From: a candidate division WOR-3 bacterium
Lineage (GTDB): Bacteria; Hydrothermota; Tepidihabitantia; Tepidihabitantales; Tepidihabitantaceae
Direction: 5' to 3'
Length of the DNA: 64,000 nt
Assembly: GCA_013177935.1 (NCBI GenBank)
Contig: JABLXZ010000001.1
Span: forward strand, 35,794 to 99,793
How positions within the stretch are numbered: position 1 is the first letter of the stretch; each line of letters starts with the position of its first letter. Shown here piece by piece: positions 45,971 to 53,928 of this stretch. A program made the position numbers and the translations under genes. Under the pieces are notes generated by a model. The model made no database searches. It was not told the DNA's origin and saw nothing but the letters and a program-made list of their open reading frames with translations.

Positions 45971-48523
45971 ATGAGCCAAGAGACGCGAATCGGCGTGTTT
46001 GTCTGCCGCTGCGGCACCAACATCGCCGGCACCGTCAATGTCGAAGCGGTTGCAGATTACGCCCGAACCTTACCCGATGTGGTTTATGCGGTAACCAGCC
46101 TTTACAACTGCTCGGAACCAGGACAGAAGGAGATTCAAAAGGCGATTACCGAGTATAAACTCAACCGGGTGGTGGTGGCGGCATGTACACCACGGATGCA
46201 CGAACCCACTTTTCGTGCCTGTGTGGCACAGGCGGGATTGAACCCCTTTCTGATGGAGATGGTGAACATCCGCGAGGGGTGTTCCTGGGTTCACGCCCTG
46301 GAGCCGAAGCGGGCAACGAAAAAGGCGTGCCATCTTGTCCGGATGGCGGTGGCAAAAGCCCGGGCGCTGAAACCGCTCAACCCGCGCCGTTTTCCCTTAA
46401 AGGATGCGGTGCTGGTGATTGGCGGCGGTGTTGCCGGTATTCAGGCGAGCCTTGACCTGGCAGATGCGGGTCATCAGGTGTATCTGGTGGAGCGTCAGCC
46501 TTCGCTCGGGGGGTTGATGGCGCAGTTGCACAAAACCTATCCGACGATGGACTGTGCGATATGAATACTGGCGCCCAAGATGGCGGATGTCGGTCGGCAT
46601 CCGAAAATCAAACTCCTGACCCTTGCCGAGGTTAAGGAAGTTGCGGGTCATGTTGGTGACTTTAAGGTAACAGTTCGGCAGAAAGCACGATTTGTTGATG
46701 AGCGGGAGTGCACCGCGTGTGGTGATTGCGCCAAGGTTTGCCCGCAACTGGTGCCGGACGAGTTTAACTTAGGGCTGGCGCTAAGGAAGGCGATTTATCA
46801 GCCGTTCCCGCAGGCGATTCCGGCGGCATATGTACTTAATCCTGCTGACTGTCTGGGCTTAAATCCAATTGCCTGCGGCAAATGTGCGCAGGCGTGCGAA
46901 AAGAAGTGCATCGATTTGAACGCTCAGGATAAAGAGTTGACCTTTGAGGTGGGTGCAATCATCGTTGCCACCGGTATGGAGCCGTTTGACCCATTGTCTC
47001 GTACCGAGTTTGGCTATGGCAGGGCAACAAATGTGATTACGGCAATGGAGTTTGAGCGGCTGGCATCGTCTGGCGGACCAACAGGCGGTGAACTCATCCG
47101 GTTCAGTGACCGCCGGCGCCCGAACAGTATTGCCTTTATTCAGTGTGTCGGCTCGCGCTGTGCGCAACAGGGCACGCCCTACTGCAGTAACATCTGCTGT
47201 ATGAACACGATTAAAGACAGTCTGGTGCTCAAGGAGCATTACCCGGATATGGATATCAAGGTTTTCTACATTGACCTGCGTGCCTTCAGCAAAGGGTTTG
47301 AGGAGATGCTGTGGCGTTCCAAGCGGCTTGGCGTCAAGTACATCCGCGGGATTCCAGGGGAAGTGGTTGAGGACAAGGAGACCGGGAATTTAAAACTTTA
47401 TGTGGAAAACACCGAAACCGGCAAGGTTGAGGAACATATTGCAGAAATGGTAGTCCTGGCGACCGGAGTCAAACCCAGGGTTGAGACCAAACCGATTCAG
47501 CAACTGATGTCGTTACAACTTCACCCTGAAGGTTTCCTGCTTGAGGCACATCCCAAACTGCAACCGGTTGATTCGCCCGTGCGCGGGGTTTTTTATGCCG
47601 GTTGTGCGGAAGGACCAAAGGATGTCAAGGATTCGGTGACACAGGCAAGTGCCGCAGCAGGGCGGGCAGCGCGGCTTCTGGCACAGGGGTCCCTCGCAGC
47701 AGAACCAAATACGGTTGAGGTCATTACTGACAGGTGCCGTGCCTGCGGTATGTGCGCGCCGGTCTGTACATTCAAGGCGGTGGAGTGGCAGCGCGGTGCG
47801 CCGGCAAAGGCGATTGATGCGGTCTGTGCCGGTTGTGGCAACTGTGCTGCCGAGTGCCGGTTTGAGGCGATTGAGGCGCATCAGTTCACGGACGAACAGA
47901 TTTTCGCCCAGATTGAGGCGGCGCTGGCAGAAGAGCCCGAGTCGAAAGCGATTGTGTTTGCCTGCCACTGGTGCTCCTATGCGGCAGCGGATACGGTTGG
48001 ACTGGGCCGGTCTCAATACCCACCAACTCAGGTTTTAATTCGGACGATGTGCAGCGCCCGGGTTGCCGAAAAGTTTGTGCTCAAGGCGTTTGAGCTCGGG
48101 GCACCGGTTGTTCTTGTCTCCGGCTGTCACTATGCGGACTGTCACTACCTCAATGCCAATCGGCAAACCCAGCGCCGGGTTGAAAAACTGTGGGACAAAC
48201 TTGAGGCATGGGGAATCAGACCGGAAAGGTTGCAACTGGAATGGATTTCCGCGGCACAGGCGCCCCGGTTTGTCAAGACTATGGAGGAATTGGAACGGCT
48301 CCGGGCAACGGTGACACGAGAAGAGATTGAACAGACAAAGCAGATTCTTGCCAACCCGCCCAAGGTAGCCTTACGGGTTGAGCCCAAGACCGCGGGCGAA
48401 ATGCCGTTTGTCTGCCTGCGCTGTGGCAAAGAGTCAAAACATCACTGGATACCAAATCAGCCGCAAGAGCGCTCCTGTCCCCATTGCGAAAGCAACAGCC
48501 TTCGGTTGCTGTTAATCCATTAA
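45971..48523 (+). CDS. hdrA: Heterodisulfide reductase subunit A-like flavoprotein, selenocysteine-containing (TGA 46562-46564 = Sec198), with C-terminal MvhD-like domain and zinc ribbon
   Basis: Track ORFs 45971-46564 and 46580-48523 are in the same frame, separated by a single TGA. Read-through gives [22 protein letters not shown], where HdrA proteins have DC..C.L.PKM. Also [15 protein letters not shown], inserted and C-terminal ferredoxin CxxCxxCxxxC motifs, an MvhD-like [22 protein letters not shown], and a terminal CLRCG..CPHC. Confidence 0.85.
46584..46603 (+). promoter_or_regulatory. Candidate bacterial SECIS stem-loop
   Basis: CGGATG (46584-46589) pairs with CATCCG (46598-46603), with an 8-nt loop TCGGTCGG. 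It begins about 20 nt after the in-frame UGA. Confidence 0.5.
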
Positions 48524-48544
48524 CCGCGTCGTTTCATCCTGCTT

Positions 48545-48573
48545 TTGACAATTTAGAAAACCCATCTTATATT
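48545..48573 (+). promoter_or_regulatory. Sigma70-like promoter
   Basis: TTGACA (48545-48550), 17 nt, TATATT (48568-48573). Confidence 0.6.
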
Positions 48574-48611
48574 TTCTTGCTTGCGGGCAGCTTAAAATGA
48601 AAGGAGTTAAT

Positions 48612-49067
48612 ATGAAGGGCAATAAGATAGCCGCAGTCTTTTTGGCGCTCCTTATCCTTGGTTGTAGCAAAGCACCGCATAAGGTGGAAAATAAGGTGGT
48701 GGTCACCAAAACCCAAACAACCGAATCCTTACCTGATATCCCCCCAGAACTTAAATATCCTAATGCCAGTGTACTTAACTTTTCCGCCTCAGAAGACGAA
48801 AACGGATTTAGCCAGTTTTATATCTTCCGGACAACAGATTCCTTGCCCGTTGTCAAGAAATTTTATGATGAGCGTGTAGAAAACCTGTTTCAGGATGTTG
48901 AGTGCAGCAGTTCATTTTCTGACCAGGTAATAGTGAACAGTTATCGGAAAATGAAAGAAGATGAAAAGGTGACTGAAGGGTTGCAATGCATCCTGGTCAA
49001 AGAGAAAGATGGTACCCTCGGCACCTTGATATACTGGCAGCGGCAGGACAAAAAGGCTGAACTGTAA
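48612..49067 (+). CDS. Hypothetical lipoprotein (paralog of 39132-39590)
   Basis: AAGGAG lies 7 nt before ATG 48612 (ORF-track start 48597). Lipobox LLILGC. Contains the LKYPNAS...FRTTD...VKKFY block. Confidence 0.6.
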   Translation: MKGNKIAAVFLALLILGCSKAPHKVENKVVVTKTQTTESLPDIPPELKYPNASVLNFSASEDENGFSQFYIFRTTDSLPVVKKFYDERVENLFQDVECSSSFSDQVIVNSYRKMKEDEKVTEGLQCILVKEKDGTLGTLIYWQRQDKKAEL

Positions 49068-49363
49068 AGTAAGAAAGTACTATCTTAACGGGAATAATAT
49101 AGTAACGACAACGCCCTATAGTAATTTTGCTATCCGTTTTCGGTAACTGTCGGCGAATGCTACCAGGCAAAGATTTTCGTTTATTTGTCAAGCCGCAGGG
49201 GGGATTACTCCCTATCTCGCTACCCTTGTTTTGCCTTTCGGTTTGAGCGACACGGTAAACTGTCAGGGTTTAAATGATAGATTCAGGGATATTCAGGCAG
49301 CGTTTTTCTTTAGGATTCCTAATGATGACATTATCGCCTTTCTTTTCCATATTTCAATTTTCC

Positions 49364-49391
49364 TTGACATTAGGATAAGTTTTTGTAATAT
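49364..49391 (+). promoter_or_regulatory. Sigma70-like promoter with a ~230-nt leader
   Basis: TTGACA (49364-49369), 16 nt, TAATAT (49386-49391). The next credible start is ATG 49628. Confidence 0.55.
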
Positions 49392-49627
49392 GCGGCAAAT
49401 TTTGTGGTATGATACCTACCATAGCCGTTAAATGTCGTCTATCAGCAAGGCGTAGTCAGATAGAAAATTTTGCGTTAGTCAATTTAGAGTTCTGCCCGAA
49501 TGGGCAGGCACTTGTTCTGATATACGCAGGGTATCGGACAGGGCGTTACAGAGAAGAGCCTGCACGGCAGCATATACCGGCAAGTTTTAGCCTCGTGATT
49601 GAGGCTATTTAAAAAGGAGGAGTGGTT

Positions 49628-51496
49628 ATGAGGAAATGGCATAGTCATTTCCCGGTCGGTGTGATTGTGTTTGCCACACTACTGTCGCTAACCTGCCAGC
49701 CACCAGCCAACAATCCGCCTACCACACCAGCAACCCCTTCTGGACCAACAACCGGTCAGGTTGGAGTTGCTTACGATTTTAGCAGTTCAAGCACTGACCC
49801 GGATGAAGATGGTGTGGCAATCAGGTTTGACTGGGGTAACGGTGTTGTCTCAAACTGGAGTTCGTTTGTTACATCAGGTCAACAGGTGACGATTAGTTAT
49901 TCATATCAAACCGCTGGTACCTTTAATGTTAGGGCGCAGGCAATGGATGATGACGGCGATACTTCTGACTGGTCAGCCGCACATCAAATTACAATCTCCG
50001 CTGGTAGTACCAACAATCCGCCCAACACACCAGCAACCCCTTCAGGACCGGCAACCGGTGAGGTCGGGGTTTCTTACGATTTTGTCAGTTCCAGCACCGA
50101 CCCGGATGGAGATAGTGTTTCAATCAGGTTTGACTGGGGTGATGGCAATATTTCTAATTGGAGTTCCTATGTCGCAAGTGGGGCTAATGTAACAGCGTCT
50201 CATTCCTACTTATCTGTAGGTACTTATAATGTGAAGGCACAGGCAAAGGATATTCACGGCGACACATCCGCCTGGTCTGGTGGACACCAGATAACAATCC
50301 AGGCACCGGTTAACAATCCGCCCAATACACCGGCGATTCCTTCAGGACCGGCAACCGGTGAGGTCGGGGTTTCTTACGATTTTGTCAGTTCCAGTACCGA
50401 CCCGGATGGAGATAGTGTTTCCATCAGGTTTGACTGGGGTAATGGTGTTGTCTCAAACTGGAGTTCGTTTGTTACATCAGGTCAACAGGTGACGATGAGT
50501 TACTCCTATCAGACTGCCGGCACCTATTATGTGAAGGCACAGGCAAAGGATGTGCACGGCGACACATCCGCCTGGTCGGGTGGACACCAGATTACCATTT
50601 CCAGTGGTGGATATCCGAATCAGATTGTAGCAACAGTTTCGGTTGACCCGAGCCCGGAGGGCTTGGACGCACTGCCCAGTGGCGAATATGTGTATGTAGC
50701 AAATTTATACAGTGACGAAGTGTCGGTGATTCGGACTTCGGACAATACGGTTGTTGCAACGGTTGCAGTGGGAGACGGTCCGTACGATGTGGCGGCACTA
50801 CCCAACGGCGAGTATGTTTATGTGGCGAACTACAACAGCGACAATGTTTCGGTGATTCGGACATCGGACAATACGGTTGTCGCAACGGTTTCGGTCGGTA
50901 ATGAGCCATACAGTTTAGCAGCATCACCCAATAGCAACTATGTGTATGTGACAAATTTGGGTAGCGACAATGTTTCGGTGATTCGGACATCAGACAATAC
51001 AGTTGTCGCAACAGTTGGCGCTGGTAGCGACCCGTACGATGTGGCGGTATTGCCCAATGGTGCGTATGTTTATGTGGCAAATTACACAAGCAACAATGTT
51101 TCGGTGATTCGTACTTCGGACCATACCGTCGTGGCAACAGTTGCAGTTGGCGGCGGTCCCCGCGGCTTGGCAGCACTGCCCAATGGTGAGTATGTATATG
51201 TGGCAAATAACAACCTCGCTCGCGTTTCGGTGATTCGGACTTCGGACAACACAGTTGTCGCAACCGTTTCGGTTGGAACTCGGCCCCTCGGTGTAGCCGT
51301 ACTACCGAATGGTCAATATGTGTATGTGGCAAATCGGGATGATGATGCTGTTTCGGTGATTCGTACCTCAACTAATACGGTTGTGGAAACCGTTACTGTC
51401 GGAGACCAACCGGTAGGTGTGGCGGTGTTGCCCAATGGCAACTTTGTGTATGTGAGTAATTACGGTACCAACGATGTAACTGTACTCGGGCAGTAG
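49628..51496 (+). CDS. Surface lipoprotein with three PKD-like domains and a seven-bladed YVTN-family beta-propeller
   Basis: AAGGAGG lies 7 nt before ATG 49628. Signal/lipobox ..FATLLSLTC. 3 x ~100 aa (PSGP.TG.VGV.YDF.SSSTDPD.D...IRFDWG.G) then 7 x 42 aa (YVYVAN...D.VSVIRTSDNTVVATV.VG..P.G.A). Confidence 0.85.
   Translation: MRKWHSHFPVGVIVFATLLSLTCQPPANNPPTTPATPSGPTTGQVGVAYDFSSSSTDPDEDGVAIRFDWGNGVVSNWSSFVTSGQQVTISYSYQTAGTFNVRAQAMDDDGDTSDWSAAHQITISAGSTNNPPNTPATPSGPATGEVGVSYDFVSSSTDPDGDSVSIRFDWGDGNISNWSSYVASGANVTASHSYLSVGTYNVKAQAKDIHGDTSAWSGGHQITIQAPVNNPPNTPAIPSGPATGEVGVSYDFVSSSTDPDGDSVSIRFDWGNGVVSNWSSFVTSGQQVTMSYSYQTAGTYYVKAQAKDVHGDTSAWSGGHQITISSGGYPNQIVATVSVDPSPEGLDALPSGEYVYVANLYSDEVSVIRTSDNTVVATVAVGDGPYDVAALPNGEYVYVANYNSDNVSVIRTSDNTVVATVSVGNEPYSLAASPNSNYVYVTNLGSDNVSVIRTSDNTVVATVGAGSDPYDVAVLPNGAYVYVANYTSNNVSVIRTSDHTVVATVAVGGGPRGLAALPNGEYVYVANNNLARVSVIRTSDNTVVATVSVGTRPLGVAVLPNGQYVYVANRDDDAVSVIRTSTNTVVETVTVGDQPVGVAVLPNGNFVYVSNYGTNDVTVLGQ
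49709..50611 (+). repeat. Three tandem ~300-nt coding repeats (PKD-like units) with mosaic identity
   Basis: Units start at 49709, 50012 and 50312. A ~100-nt run starting at 50039 is near-identical to the run starting at 50339. 49841-49893 is identical to 50444-50496. Confidence 0.85.
50620..51493 (+). repeat. Seven tandem 126-nt coding repeats (YVTN propeller blades)
   Basis: TCGGTGATTCGKACWTCRGAC recurs at 50723, 50849, 50975, 51101, 51227 and 51353, an exact 126-nt period. Confidence 0.85.
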
Positions 51497-51515
51497 TGAT
51501 ATGTTTTCAGCATCT

Positions 51516-51548
51516 GGGGCGGGGAAAATCCCCGCCCTTATTTTATTT
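51516..51548 (+). terminator. Rho-independent terminator
   Basis: GGGCGGGG (51517-51524) pairs with CCCCGCCC (51530-51537), with loop AAAAT, followed by TTATTTTATTTT. Lies 20 nt after the stop at 51496. Confidence 0.85.
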
Positions 51549-51608
51549 TCATTTCAGGGGCATAAGAGTCGCTAATATCGTCATTAAGACAGCAGTAGAT
51601 ATTGCACT

Positions 51609-51780
51609 TGATAGGGCTTGGGAAGGGAGTCTGGGGACGGTTCCGGGAGCGGTTCCCAGAACGAATTGGTGACTGGTTAGCCGGTTGAATTAAGGAGTGA
51701 AATGGAGGTTGCTTTCCCAAGGGCTAATCCATGGTACCGAATAGCGGATAACCGGCATTGTTTAAGGGTGAAATTGAGGG
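51609..51780. other. Conserved intergenic element, copy B
   Basis: GAGTCTGGGGACGGTTCCGGGAGCGGTTCCC (51627-51657) and TTTAAGGGTGAAATT (51761-51775), 134 nt apart, colinear with copy A. Internal pairing CTTGGGAA (51617-51624) with TTCCCAAG (51714-51721). Confidence 0.45.
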
Positions 51781-51871
51781 TTTGTCTGTTAGTTTGTCTA
51801 TCTCAGGCAGTGTAGCAGGGTTGCTGGACCGGCTTCAGGGTTTATAAGTTAAGCCCCTTATTCCAGTAAAG

Positions 51872-52735
51872 TTAGGTTAACTTTGCCTTAAGTTTTTCTG
51901 CCAGTTGTTCGGGTTCGTAGATGACCTCAATGCCAGCGGACTGAAACGCCTGAATCTTCTCGGCTGCGGTACCGGAACCGGCAGATATGATGGCGCCGGC
52001 ATGTCCCATCCTTTTATCCGGGGGTGCGGTTTGGCCCGCGATGAAGCCGAACACCGGTTTTGTCACATACTGCCGGACAAACTGTGCCGCCTTTTCTTCA
52101 TCACTGCCACCAATCTCGCCGACGATGACTATCGCTCTGGTTTCAGGGTCGTCCTGAAACATCTTTAAACAGTCAATAAAGTTGGTGCCGATTACCGGGT
52201 CGCCACCGATGCCGATTACGGTTGATTGACCGAATTCGCCGGTGTTGGCGGCGATCTCATAGGTCAGGGTTCCAGAACGGGAAACGATGCCGACCGGTCC
52301 AGGCCGAAATGCGGCAGCGGGCATTATTCCGACTTTTGCCTTTCCGGGCGAGATTGCACCGGGGCAGTTTGGACCAACAATCCGGACGCCACGGGTTTTT
52401 GCGACCGCAATCGCCTTGATTGCATCGAGTACCGGTACCCCTTCGGTCACACAGACGATTAGTTTTACGCCGGAGAAGACCGCTTCGAGTAGCGCATCGC
52501 CGGCAAAGTTGGCAGGTACAAAGATGATTGATGCATCGGCACCGGTTGCCCGGACCGCTTCGGCAACCGAGTTGAAAACCGGTATGCCGTCAATCTCCTG
52601 ACCGCCTTTGCCCGGGGTTACACCGCCGACCACCTGGGTGCCGTACTCTTTCATCAATCGGGCGTGAAAGGCGCCGTCTCTGCCGGTTATGCCCTGAACA
52701 ATCAGCCGGGTGTTCTGGTCAATCAGGATGCTCAT
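51872..52735 (-). CDS. sucD: Succinyl-CoA synthetase (ADP-forming), alpha subunit
   Basis: 287 aa. [29 protein letters not shown] and GHAGAII motifs. Confidence 0.93.
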   Translation of the reverse strand: MSILIDQNTRLIVQGITGRDGAFHARLMKEYGTQVVGGVTPGKGGQEIDGIPVFNSVAEAVRATGADASIIFVPANFAGDALLEAVFSGVKLIVCVTEGVPVLDAIKAIAVAKTRGVRIVGPNCPGAISPGKAKVGIMPAAAFRPGPVGIVSRSGTLTYEIAANTGEFGQSTVIGIGGDPVIGTNFIDCLKMFQDDPETRAIVIVGEIGGSDEEKAAQFVRQYVTKPVFGFIAGQTAPPDKRMGHAGAIISAGSGTAAEKIQAFQSAGIEVIYEPEQLAEKLKAKLT

Positions 52736-53871
52736 CTTGCCTCCTTTGCCTTGGCAACTGCCAGTTTGACCGCTTCACTCATCCCGGTGGCACTATAGAC
52801 CGGGCTATCAGCGAGCAGGGCACACGCCTTTTCGGCGTTGGTGCCAACAAGACGGGCAACAATCGGCACTTTGATGTCGGCTTTCTTTATTGCAGCGATG
52901 AGCCCCTGAGCGATGTCGTCACAGCGGGTGATGCCGCCGAAGATGTTGACGAGAATCGCTTTGACATTGGGGTCGGAGAGGATGATGCGCATTGCGGTTA
53001 TCATCTTTTCGGGCGATGAGGAGCCACCGACATCAAGGAAGTTTGCCGGTTCACCACCATACCGTTTGATTAAGTCCATCGTCGCCATTGCCAGGCCCGC
53101 ACCGTTGACAATGCAGCCAACATTGCCGGAGAGTTTGATGTAAGAAAGACCCGCGGCTTTGGCTTCAATCTCTTTGGGCTCTTCACCTTCCGGGTCGCGC
53201 AACGCCTCATTTTCGGGATGGCGGAAAAGGGCGTTGTCGTCAAAGTTGATTTTCGCATCCAGGGCGAGCAGTTTGCCATCATCGGTTAACACCAGCGGGT
53301 TGATTTCAACAAGCGAGCAGTCGCGCTCGACAAATATCTGGTAAAGTTTCTGGCAGATGGTGGTGAAGGCGCTGGTCAGTTTCAGGTCACCGAACAAAGA
53401 AAAACCGATGGTGCGGGTTTGGAAGGGCAGGATGCCGAGCAAGGGGTCGATTTCTGCCTTGAGAATTTTTTCCGGGCTGGTTTTCGCAACCTCTTCAATC
53501 TCAACGCCACCCGCGGCAGAGGCGATGAGAACCGGTTGCCGGGCAGAACGGTCAACCGTAATACCGAGGTAGAATTCGGATTTGATTGGGACGCATTCGG
53601 AGACGAGGAGTTTTGTGACCTTCAAGCCTTTGATTGTCATACCGAGGATTTTTTCGGCGGTGGGCAGAACATCTTCAAACCGGTCAACCCGTTTGACACC
53701 ACCGGCTTTACCGCGACCACCAACCAGGACCTGGGCTTTGAGTACCGCCGGAACACCAACCGCAATTGATGCCTGTTTTGCTTCGTTTGGTGATTTTACC
53801 ATCTGCTCGCGCGGTGTGGGAATTCCCGCCCGGGCAAAAATCTGTTTAGCCTGATATTCATGGATTTTCAT
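52732..53871 (-). CDS. sucC: Succinyl-CoA synthetase, beta subunit
   Basis: [18 protein letters not shown] from ATG 53871 (ORF-track start 53907). ..[10 protein letters not shown].., [14 protein letters not shown]-type overlap with sucD. Confidence 0.92.
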   Translation of the reverse strand: MKIHEYQAKQIFARAGIPTPREQMVKSPNEAKQASIAVGVPAVLKAQVLVGGRGKAGGVKRVDRFEDVLPTAEKILGMTIKGLKVTKLLVSECVPIKSEFYLGITVDRSARQPVLIASAAGGVEIEEVAKTSPEKILKAEIDPLLGILPFQTRTIGFSLFGDLKLTSAFTTICQKLYQIFVERDCSLVEINPLVLTDDGKLLALDAKINFDDNALFRHPENEALRDPEGEEPKEIEAKAAGLSYIKLSGNVGCIVNGAGLAMATMDLIKRYGGEPANFLDVGGSSSPEKMITAMRIILSDPNVKAILVNIFGGITRCDDIAQGLIAAIKKADIKVPIVARLVGTNAEKACALLADSPVYSATGMSEAVKLAVAKAKEAR

Positions 53872-53928
53872 ACAGGTTAAATCTAACGAAAACCGGCGCA
53901 GGGTCAAGCGGGTGTTTTGGGCTTTGCG

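Noticed and set aside
45971-48523. hdrA appears split into two ORFs (45971-46564 and 46580-48523), which could mean a pseudogene or two genes.
   Set aside because: Both parts are in the same frame and separated by a single TGA that falls on a conserved HdrA Cys position, with a hairpin just downstream. I interpret it as selenocysteine read-through.
49409-49612. A 67-aa ORF lies inside the long leader of the PKD/YVTN gene.
   Set aside because: It has no SD and no recognisable motif, and its composition resembles noncoding DNA. I kept it only as part of the leader finding.
51702-51815. A 37-aa ORF with an AAGGAG SD lies inside conserved element copy B (MEVAFPRANPWYRIADNRHCLRVKLRVCLLVCLSQAV).
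   Set aside because: Copy A has no equivalent reading frame (MNSLLSES then stop). The conservation between the copies is therefore at the nucleotide level, not the peptide level.
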